From the NCBI GenBank assembly GCA_019510095.1, contig JAEKLB010000020.1, forward strand, positions 12,499-76,498: a DNA stretch of 64,000 nucleotides, written 5' to 3'. The translations under genes and the position numbers were made by a program. The stretch comes from Acidobacteriota bacterium. GTDB lineage: Bacteria > Actinomycetota > Acidimicrobiia > Acidimicrobiales > CADCSY01. Positions 57,320 to 64,000 of the stretch are shown here, one piece after another. Below the pieces are notes generated by a model. The model saw only the letters and a list, made by a program, of their open reading frames with translations. It was not told where the DNA came from and did no database searches. Within the stretch, counting starts at the first letter, position 1. Each line of letters begins with the position of its first letter.

Positions 57320-58433
57320 GGTCACGCCAGCCTGGCACGCACTCGTCGAGCGCCTCGACCAGCGCGTCGACCTGGTCGAGGGTGTGGGCCGCCGACAGCG
57401 TGACGCGCAGGCGCGAGGTCCCCACGGGCACGGTCGGAGGGCGGATTGCCGGCACCAGCACGCCCCGCGCCCTGAGGGCGGCAGCGGCGGCAAGCGCCGC
57501 CTGCTCCCCGCCGACCACGACCGGCACGATGGGCGACGGGTGCCCGGGGCGGAGGCAGTCGATGTTCGCTCGCAAGCGGGCCCGCAGCTCGTCGCCCTCG
57601 GGCGACTGGACGATCCTCACCGCCGCCAGCGCGGCGGCGGCGTCGGCCGGGCTCGACGCCGTCGTGAAGATGAAGCTCCGGGCCCGGTTGACGAGCAGGT
57701 CGGCCAAAGGGCCGGACGTGGCGACGAACCCCCCGAGGGAGCCCAAGGCCTTCGACAGCGTGCCGACCCGGACGACCTCGGCATCGCCGGTGTCGCCGAC
57801 CGGGCCGAACACCTGATGGGCCTCATCGAGAACCAGGAGGGCGCCGTGCCGCGCGCACACCTCGGCCAGCTCGGTCACTGGTGCGACGTCGCCATCCATG
57901 GAGAAGACGGTGTCGGTGACCACGACAGCCGGTTGGTCGCCGCCTGCCAGCAACGAGGCGACGTGATCAACGTCGCCATGGCGGTACACGGCAACGTCGG
58001 CCCGCGACAGCCGGCAGCCGTCGACGATCGACGCGTGGTTGAGCTCCTCGGAGATCACGCGACCGCCCCGCGCGGCGAACGTCGTGAGCACGCCTAGGTT
58101 GGCCTGGAAGCCGGTGGAGAACAGCACGGCGCGCTCCTCGTCCTTCCACGCAGCGAGCGCCAGCTCGAGCTCGTCGTGGACCGGGCGCGACCCGACGATC
58201 AGCCGGGCCGAGGTCGAGCCGCTCCCCCATCGATCGAGGGCATCGTGGCCGGCGGCGATCACCCCGGGATGACCGGCGAGGCCGAGGTAGTCGTTCGACG
58301 CGAAGGACACGACCTTGGCGCCATCGGGCACGGTTCCTTCGGGGCCCAGCGCATCGAGGGTCGTGGGGCGGCGCCACCGGCCCTGGCCCAGGATGGCCGC
58401 GCCCTCGGCGCTGGCCCAGTCCCGCCACGTCAT
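57309..58433 (-). CDS. bioF: 8-amino-7-oxononanoate synthase
   Basis: Class II aminotransferase pattern: FASNDYLGL, the SMDGD region, and the PLP lysine context TLSKALGSLGG. Confidence 0.9.
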   Translation of the reverse strand: MTWRDWASAEGAAILGQGRWRRPTTLDALGPEGTVPDGAKVVSFASNDYLGLAGHPGVIAAGHDALDRWGSGSTSARLIVGSRPVHDELELALAAWKDEERAVLFSTGFQANLGVLTTFAARGGRVISEELNHASIVDGCRLSRADVAVYRHGDVDHVASLLAGGDQPAVVVTDTVFSMDGDVAPVTELAEVCARHGALLVLDEAHQVFGPVGDTGDAEVVRVGTLSKALGSLGGFVATSGPLADLLVNRARSFIFTTASSPADAAAALAAVRIVQSPEGDELRARLRANIDCLRPGHPSPIVPVVVGGEQAALAAAAALRARGVLVPAIRPPTVPVGTSRLRVTLSAAHTLDQVDALVEALDECVPGWRDHGR

Positions 58434-59713
58434 CGGCAGACCTCGGCGATGGACGCCGCCAGCGCGTCGACGATGCGCTCGATCTCGTCGGCGGTGGACG
58501 TGAGGATCGGCATGAGGACCACGACGTCGCCGAGGGGCCGGAGCAGCACCCCCCGCTGCACCATGGCGGCACAGACCCGCCGGCCCCAGCGCAGGCCCGG
58601 CATCGGCGGCGCCAGCTCCACGCCGGCCATGAGGCCCTTGAGGCGCACCTCCTTCACCGCCGCAAGACCGGCGATGCGAGCGTCGAGCAGGGCACCCAGC
58701 TGGGCTGAACGGTCACGCACGTTGGCGAGCACGTCCCAGCTGTCGAGCAGCTCGAGGTGACGGAGTGCCACCGCCGCGGCCAAGGCGTTCCCGCCGAATG
58801 AATGGCCGTGATACAGCGTGCGGTCCGACAGGTCGGGACCGAGGAACGCGTCGTAGACGGCCCGACTGACCGCGGTGGCCGACATGGGCAAGTAGCCGGC
58901 GGTCATCCCCTTGCCGAGCACCACCATGTCGGGCCGGACACCCGCCTGCTCAACGGCAAACAAGGTGCCGGTGCGGCCGAAGCCAGTGGCGATCTCGTCG
59001 GCGATCAGCAACACGCCGGCCTCGTGACACGCAGCGGCCAGGCGGGCCAGCGCCTCGGGCTCGTGGAGCAGCATCCCGCCGGCCGCCTGCACGAGCGGTT
59101 CGACGACCACGGCGGCCAGCTCGTTGCCTCGCTCGCGCACCACGGCGGCGGCATCGTCGTACGACTGGGCGCGGACGACTGGGAACCGCAGCGGGTCGAA
59201 GATCGACGCGCCGAAGCCCCCGTCGTCTCCCAGCGACATCGCTCCCACGCTGTCGCCGTGATAGGCGCCGGTGAGCGCGCAGAACGTCGTACGTCCCTCG
59301 ATGCCGCGGTTGGCGAACGACTGGAAAGCCACCTTGATCGCCTGCTCGACCGCCGTCGCGCCGTCGGACGCGAACAGGAAGTGCGCGTCGTCGACCGGCA
59401 CCACCCGGGCCAAGGCCTCCGCCAGCTCGACGACGACCCGGTTGCCATTGCCGAGCATGGTCGAGTGCGCCACCAGGTCGAGCTGCTCCCGAATGGCGTC
59501 ATCGAGCTCCTGGACGTGGTGCCCGAGCGTGTTGACCCAGAGCGACGAGATGGCATCGAGGTAGCGAGTGCCATCGACGTCGATCAGCTCACGGCCTTCG
59601 GCCGAGGCCACGACCACCGGCTCGTTCTCGGCGAACGCGGACATCTGGGTGAAGCCGTGCCAGACGACCGCGGCGTCGCGGGCTACCCACGCCGCCCTGT
59701 CGCCATCCAGCAC
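58430..59713 (-). CDS. bioA: adenosylmethionine-8-amino-7-oxononanoate aminotransferase
   Basis: Class III aminotransferase: GAYHGDS, LIADEIATGFGRTG and the PLP lysine in VLGKGMTAGYLP. ATGA-type overlap with bioF. Confidence 0.9.
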   Translation of the reverse strand: MLDGDRAAWVARDAAVVWHGFTQMSAFAENEPVVVASAEGRELIDVDGTRYLDAISSLWVNTLGHHVQELDDAIREQLDLVAHSTMLGNGNRVVVELAEALARVVPVDDAHFLFASDGATAVEQAIKVAFQSFANRGIEGRTTFCALTGAYHGDSVGAMSLGDDGGFGASIFDPLRFPVVRAQSYDDAAAVVRERGNELAAVVVEPLVQAAGGMLLHEPEALARLAAACHEAGVLLIADEIATGFGRTGTLFAVEQAGVRPDMVVLGKGMTAGYLPMSATAVSRAVYDAFLGPDLSDRTLYHGHSFGGNALAAAVALRHLELLDSWDVLANVRDRSAQLGALLDARIAGLAAVKEVRLKGLMAGVELAPPMPGLRWGRRVCAAMVQRGVLLRPLGDVVVLMPILTSTADEIERIVDALAASIAEVCR

Positions 59714-59758
59714 CAGGTCATTCTGCTGGTGGAGGCCGGCGCCTGACGATTTCCCCGA

Positions 59759-60451
59759 TCAGGCGCGGACGAGGGTCAGCCGGAACTCGAGCTCGCCGTG
59801 GTCCTCGGTGGTCACGGCCATGTTGCTGGGGTTGGGTACGCCGTAGTCGGCGAAGACGACGGGGATCGAGCCCGCCACCCGGATGCCGGCGCTGGTGCGC
59901 ACGGCCGTGACGTCGAAGGACACCGCCTTGTTCATGCCGTGCAGGGTCAGCACGCCGGTTGCCGCTGCGGTGATGTCCTTGCCGGCCGCCGGCTCACTGC
60001 CCAGGTCGATGGGCTTGGTGAGGACGAAGGTGGCGGTCGGGTGCGTCGCCGTGTCCATGATGCGACCGTGGAACTGGCCGTCGCGCCGCGACTGGTCGCT
60101 GCTGACCGTTGTCATGTCGACCGTGAAGCGGCCGGTGGTGACCGAGGTTCCGACGATCTCGAGCGTGCCGGTGACCGCCGTGGTACGCCCGACCGCTGTC
60201 GTGCTTTGACCGAACAGCACCTCCTTCACGCGGTAGCCGGCTTCGCTGCCGCGAGCGACCTTCCAGCTACCGGCGGCCGGGCCGGCATCGGGCGCGGTCC
60301 CCGAGCTCGTCGACGACGAGTCGTCGCTGGCCTCGAGGGTGAGCCGGGCCGGGGCGTCGCCCTCGATGACGTTGATGTACACCCACGTCCCCACTGACAC
60401 CACGGCGACCAACCCCAGGGGAACGGCGGCGAACAGCCAACGTCGGCGCAT
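59759..60451 (-). CDS. YceI family protein with N-terminal membrane anchor
   Basis: Contains YRVKEVLFG...VTGTLEI...FTVDMTTVSSDQSRRDGQFHGRIMD...ATFVL. Confidence 0.85.
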   Translation of the reverse strand: MRRRWLFAAVPLGLVAVVSVGTWVYINVIEGDAPARLTLEASDDSSSTSSGTAPDAGPAAGSWKVARGSEAGYRVKEVLFGQSTTAVGRTTAVTGTLEIVGTSVTTGRFTVDMTTVSSDQSRRDGQFHGRIMDTATHPTATFVLTKPIDLGSEPAAGKDITAAATGVLTLHGMNKAVSFDVTAVRTSAGIRVAGSIPVVFADYGVPNPSNMAVTTEDHGELEFRLTLVRA

Positions 60452-60493
60452 CGCCGGAGTCTTGCCGGCTCTGCTGGGGGCGACCTGTGGAGC

Positions 60494-61687
60494 TCAGGTG
60501 GCGGGCGGCGGGCCGGTGTACTCGGCCCGGGGCCGGAACCTCAGGCGATGGCCGTACTCCTCGATGGCATGGGCGACCCAGCCGGCGGTGCGCGCCACCG
60601 CGAAGATCGCCTCGCCGGCGCCCAGGGGCATCCGCGCCGTCTCGCCCAGAGCGGCGAGGGCGAAGTCGATGTTCGGGTGGGGTCCCTGGCGTGACGTCAC
60701 CACGCGCAGCACGTCTTCGATCGTTCGCCACAGGGCGGCCGGCGGTCGCGACTGCTCGACAGCGGCGAGCAGGGCGGGGGCGCGAGGATCAGGACCGGTG
60801 TAGACGCTGTGCCCGAAGCCGGGGAGATCGTCGCCCCGGCGCAGCCACTCGCCGACCGCCGCCTCCGGCGACGTGGCCGCCGCCTCGCGCAGCAGCATCC
60901 GAGCCTGGTCGGAGGCCTGGCCGTGCAGTGGACCGCCGAGTGCCGCCATCCCGCTGAGCACGACCAGGTACGGATCGGCCCAGGTCGAGGCAGCAACCCG
61001 GGCGGCGAAGGTCGACGCTGCGAGCTCATGGTCGGCCACCAGGCCGAGGGCGCGGTCGAGAGCAGCCACACCCGCCGGCCGGGCCGGCATCGGCGACAGC
61101 TTCGGCCAGAGGCGCCGGGCCACTGATCCGTCCGAGGGTGGCGCGGCACCGAGGTCGGGCAGGGAGTCGACCTCGGCGGCAACCAGCGCCCGGCCCGTGG
61201 CCACCACCGCGGGCGGCCGCCGGTCGTGGCGCAGTGCATCGGTCGCTGCCACCGCCGCCGTCACCACTCGCAGCCGGTCGGCAAAGGTCGCCTCTGGCGG
61301 GAGACCCGACTGGGCACGGCGTCCGGCCCGCAGCGCCGCCGGCGACGCCCGCCACGGCGGCAGCTCGTCGACGTCCTGCCCTGACCACAGCCACTCGGCG
61401 ACCTGCTCGTACGACCAGGCATCGGTCATGCCGACGGCATCACGCCCGCGGTACCAGAGGCGACCAGCCGGATCGATCGAGGTGAGGGCGGAGTCGACCA
61501 CGATGTCGCCGGTCGCTCGCTGCCGGCGACGGCCGGCGAGCCGGTCGACCTCGCTCCTGCGGAACCGGCTGGTCCGCTGGCCCGGGGTTCGCTCGCTGTG
61601 CAGCACGCCCCGGCTCACGTACGCGTAGAGGGTGGCCGGCTTCACGCCCAGCTCCGCGGCCGCCTCGCCTGCCGTCAACCATTCCAT
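60494..61687 (-). CDS. HTH (excisionase/MerR-like) domain fused to a citrate-synthase-like domain
   Basis: The N-terminus is WLTAGEAAAELGVKPATLYAYVSRGVL. The C-terminal ~300 aa have citrate-synthase motifs LGGPLHGQAS, PGFGHSVYTGPDPRA and PNIDFALA. Confidence 0.8.
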   Translation of the reverse strand: MEWLTAGEAAAELGVKPATLYAYVSRGVLHSERTPGQRTSRFRRSEVDRLAGRRRQRATGDIVVDSALTSIDPAGRLWYRGRDAVGMTDAWSYEQVAEWLWSGQDVDELPPWRASPAALRAGRRAQSGLPPEATFADRLRVVTAAVAATDALRHDRRPPAVVATGRALVAAEVDSLPDLGAAPPSDGSVARRLWPKLSPMPARPAGVAALDRALGLVADHELAASTFAARVAASTWADPYLVVLSGMAALGGPLHGQASDQARMLLREAAATSPEAAVGEWLRRGDDLPGFGHSVYTGPDPRAPALLAAVEQSRPPAALWRTIEDVLRVVTSRQGPHPNIDFALAALGETARMPLGAGEAIFAVARTAGWVAHAIEEYGHRLRFRPRAEYTGPPPAT

Positions 61688-61708
61688 CGGCGCAGCTTAT
61701 ATTGATAC

Positions 61709-61722
61709 TTGATCAACGTTGA
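61709..61722. promoter_or_regulatory. overlapping palindromes TTGATCAA / TCAACGTTGA in the divergent citrate-synthase promoter
   Basis: AT-rich 68-bp intergenic region. TCAACGTTGA (61713-61722) is a perfect 10-bp palindrome and TTGATCAA (61709-61716) a perfect 8-bp one. A TTGACG / TACGAT pair suggests a near-leaderless plus-strand transcript. Confidence 0.3.
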
Positions 61723-61755
61723 CGATAGGACAGACCACAGGCGTACGATGGACCC

Positions 61756-62895
61756 ATGACAACGACGTTGGACGTACCGAAGGGCCTGAAGGGACTCGCC
61801 GTCGCCGACACCGAGGTTGGCGACGTCCGGGGGGATGAGGGCTTCTACCACTACCGCCAGTACTCGGCTGTGGAGCTGGCCGAGAAGCGCACCTTCGAAG
61901 ACGTCTGGTACCTGCTTCTCGAAGGCGAGCTGCCCGACGAAGAGCGGCGGCGCCAGTTCATGCGCGAGGTCGCGCCCCTCCGGACAGTCCCCCGCGCCAT
62001 CGAGCCCCTGCTCGATGAGGTGGCCCGCACCTGTCTCTCGCCCCTCTCGGGGCTGCGCACCGTTCTCTCCCATCTCGCGGCCGTCGAGGCCATGCCCGCC
62101 AGCCATGGCGCCGATCGCAGCCGGCTCCTGGCCGATGCCCGACGACTGACGAGCGTCGCGGCCACCGTCGTGGCCGCCCTGCATCGCCGGTCGCGTGGCC
62201 TCGAGCCGATCGCCCCCGACGACGCGCTCCCCTACGCCGCCAACTACCTCTTCATGGTGAACGGCCAACGGGCCGACGAGCGTCACGCCCGCGCCATCGA
62301 GCAGTACCTGATGCTGGCGGTCGACCACGGCTTCAACGCGTCGACGTTCACCGCTCGCGTCGTCACCTCGACAGGCGCCGACTTCGGCGCCGCCGTGGTA
62401 GCCGCCCTCGGTGCGCTGTCGGGGCCGTTGCACGGTGGCGCACCGAGCCTCGCGCTGGAGTCGCTCGACGCCATCGGCACACCTGATCGAGCCCCTTCCT
62501 GGGTGCGCGATGCAGTGGCACGGGGCGAGCGGATCATGGGCTTCGGTCACGCCGTCTACCGCACGAAGGATCCGAGGTCCGAGGCCTTGCGGGGCACCGT
62601 CGAAGAGCTGGGTGGCCCCCGCGCCGAGCTGGCGGTGCAGGTCGAGCGACTGGTGGAGCAGACGCTGGCCGAGCTGAAGCCCGATCGGCCCCTCCAGGCC
62701 AACATCGAGTTCTACGCCGGCGTGCTCATGGAGCAGTGCGGGCTGCCGCCCGAGCTGTTCACCCCCACCTTCGCCATCGCCCGCGTTGTCGGCTGGTGCG
62801 CGCAAGCGCTCGAGCAGGCGGCCGACGTGGGCATCATCCGCCCCAGCGCCCGTTACATCGGCCCGCCGCCACCGCAGCCGGTCCCGGCGGCGTAG
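61756..62895 (+). CDS. citrate synthase (small, type I / 2-methylcitrate-synthase-like)
   Basis: Contains YRQYSAVELA, GALSGPLHGGAP, MGFGHAVYRTKDPR and ANIEFYAG. Confidence 0.9.
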   Translation: MTTTLDVPKGLKGLAVADTEVGDVRGDEGFYHYRQYSAVELAEKRTFEDVWYLLLEGELPDEERRRQFMREVAPLRTVPRAIEPLLDEVARTCLSPLSGLRTVLSHLAAVEAMPASHGADRSRLLADARRLTSVAATVVAALHRRSRGLEPIAPDDALPYAANYLFMVNGQRADERHARAIEQYLMLAVDHGFNASTFTARVVTSTGADFGAAVVAALGALSGPLHGGAPSLALESLDAIGTPDRAPSWVRDAVARGERIMGFGHAVYRTKDPRSEALRGTVEELGGPRAELAVQVERLVEQTLAELKPDRPLQANIEFYAGVLMEQCGLPPELFTPTFAIARVVGWCAQALEQAADVGIIRPSARYIGPPPPQPVPAA

Positions 62896-62904
62896 CCGCT
62901 GCCG

Positions 62905-63291
62905 TCAATCGTTGGTCAAGCCGTCGGTGCGGACGGTGACGTGGGCGGCGGTGTAGAGCATGCCCCCGACGCGGATCGGCTCCAGCGTGACGTGGATGGG
63001 GATCAGCCCGCCGTCGGAGACCCGCTCGGCCTCGGGGTGAAGACCAGGGTCCATCTCCCGGAGCGCAGGCTCGGCGATGTAGCCGCGGCGGTAGGCCTGG
63101 TGGCCAAAGCGACGATCGGCCGGCACCAGCAGCTCGACGGCCTCACCGAGGATGTACTCGTCCTCCGGCAGGTCGAGTAGCTCCCGGAGGGGCTCGGTGA
63201 CAGCGACGATGTTGCCGGCGTGGTCGACGACCACGATGGCCTCGTCGGGCTTGAGCGCGGCTGTGACCTCGGTGGGCAGCTCGGCGGCCAT
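62905..63291 (-). CDS. stand-alone PAS-like sensor domain protein
   Basis: 128 aa. EAIVVVDHAGNIVAVTEPLRELLDL...GEAVELLVP...DGGLIPIHVTLEPI follows the PAS fold pattern. Confidence 0.6.
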   Translation of the reverse strand: MAAELPTEVTAALKPDEAIVVVDHAGNIVAVTEPLRELLDLPEDEYILGEAVELLVPADRRFGHQAYRRGYIAEPALREMDPGLHPEAERVSDGGLIPIHVTLEPIRVGGMLYTAAHVTVRTDGLTND

Positions 63292-63399
63292 CAGCTCACC
63301 GCGACGTTGCCGGCGGAATCGAAGCGCTCCATGACCCGAGACTGTAGGGATCAGATAGCCCCTGGACCGGGCTGGCCGGCGCCCGTACCGTTGGGACTC

Positions 63400-63993
63400 A
63401 TGTCTGGGGTCGCCTCACCCACTGCCGCGCCCGCTGCCAGCCCGGGCCGCCCCCGCCGTTTCACGCGCGGCCAGGTGGTGGCCGCGGCGATCGCCGTGCT
63501 CCAGGAGCGGGGCCCCGAGGGCCTCACCATGAAGGCGCTCAGCGCGAGGCTCGGCACCGGGGTGGGGACGATCTACTCCTACGCCGCCAGCAAGGACGAG
63601 CTCATGTTGCTCGTGGCGACCGAGGTGCTCGCCACGGCGACGATCCCGGAGCCGACCGACGACTGGGAGGGCTGGCTCCGGGCCTTGCTGTGGAACGTCC
63701 GCGACGCCTTCCGGCCCTATCCGTGGATGGACCACGGCATCCTGGGTCGCCCATCGTGGACCGAGGCCGCCACGCCCATGCAGGTGGCGGTGCTGAAGAC
63801 GCTCGAGGATGCCGGCTTCTCCCCCCGCAACCGGAGCCGAGCGTCCCTTGCCCTCTACTACCTCTCCACGGGGTTCCTGCTCAGCGAGCCCACCGCCGAC
63901 CGGGCCGAGCACCGCAGTCGCAGCGTCACCAGCGCCATGGACATCCTGATGGCGGGCCTGCGGGCGGAGCTGGCAGCGCAGCGCCCCGAGTGA
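63400..63993 (+). CDS. TetR family transcriptional regulator
   Basis: ATG 63400 within track ORF 63220..63993. The HTH segment is RGQVVAAAIAVLQERGPEGLTMKALSARLGTGVGTIYSYA. Confidence 0.85.
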   Translation: MSGVASPTAAPAASPGRPRRFTRGQVVAAAIAVLQERGPEGLTMKALSARLGTGVGTIYSYAASKDELMLLVATEVLATATIPEPTDDWEGWLRALLWNVRDAFRPYPWMDHGILGRPSWTEAATPMQVAVLKTLEDAGFSPRNRSRASLALYYLSTGFLLSEPTADRAEHRSRSVTSAMDILMAGLRAELAAQRPE

Positions 63994-64000
63994 GCACCGT

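Overview
This is a high-GC, actinobacterial-type chromosomal segment, judged from gene content, synteny and GTG/TTG start usage. The phylum call is inference, and I cannot name the organism.

Most of the window is core genome:
- A minus-strand housekeeping block: phoH-ybeY-DUF21/CBS-era, recO-uppS, glyQS, ppdK and a 4-nt-coupled dnaG-rpoD pair.
- A bioA-bioF-bioD operon, tandem TerC paralogues and three tRNAs (Asn-GTT, Met-CAT, Val-GAC).
- Small catabolic clusters: FAH/GlcG/amidohydrolase/GntR/GGT/RidA at 1.5-6.6 kb, and crotonase/CoA-transferase/LLM-oxidoreductase sets at 19-21 kb and 46-50 kb.

The stand-out is an accessory stretch at 8.87-19.25 kb, which looks more AT-rich by eye. It lies between an acyl-CoA ligase gene and a crotonase gene. 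It holds small membrane ORFs, a twice-frameshifted IS1595-family transposase, a DUF4258/DUF2283 toxin-antitoxin-like cassette and decayed gene fragments. It also holds a DUF222/HNH (REP13E12-type) gene split by a 5.8-kb integrative element (13230-19053), which is bounded by an 8-bp repeat, AACCTCGT.

That element combines a large serine integrase, an HUH rolling-circle Rep and an AIPR (abortive-infection type) gene. It also has a minus-strand operon of four tiny ORFs, three of them Cys-rich and translationally coupled, to which I cannot assign a function. This is my best candidate for an undescribed system.

Other points worth a second look:
- A 40-50 bp palindromic repeat family at three gene ends.
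- A 2 x 54-nt tandem hairpin repeat between ppdK and terC.
- An HTH-citrate-synthase fusion divergent from a canonical citrate synthase, with palindromes in the shared promoter.
- A TGTATAC operator candidate tied to a GntR regulator.
- A crotonase gene with no canonical start codon.

I saw no rRNA, CRISPR array or recognisable riboswitch. Many long ORFs in the supplied track are antisense or N-terminally over-extended GC artefacts. Coordinates I derived by hand (tRNAs, repeats, small ORFs) may be off by 1-2 nt.
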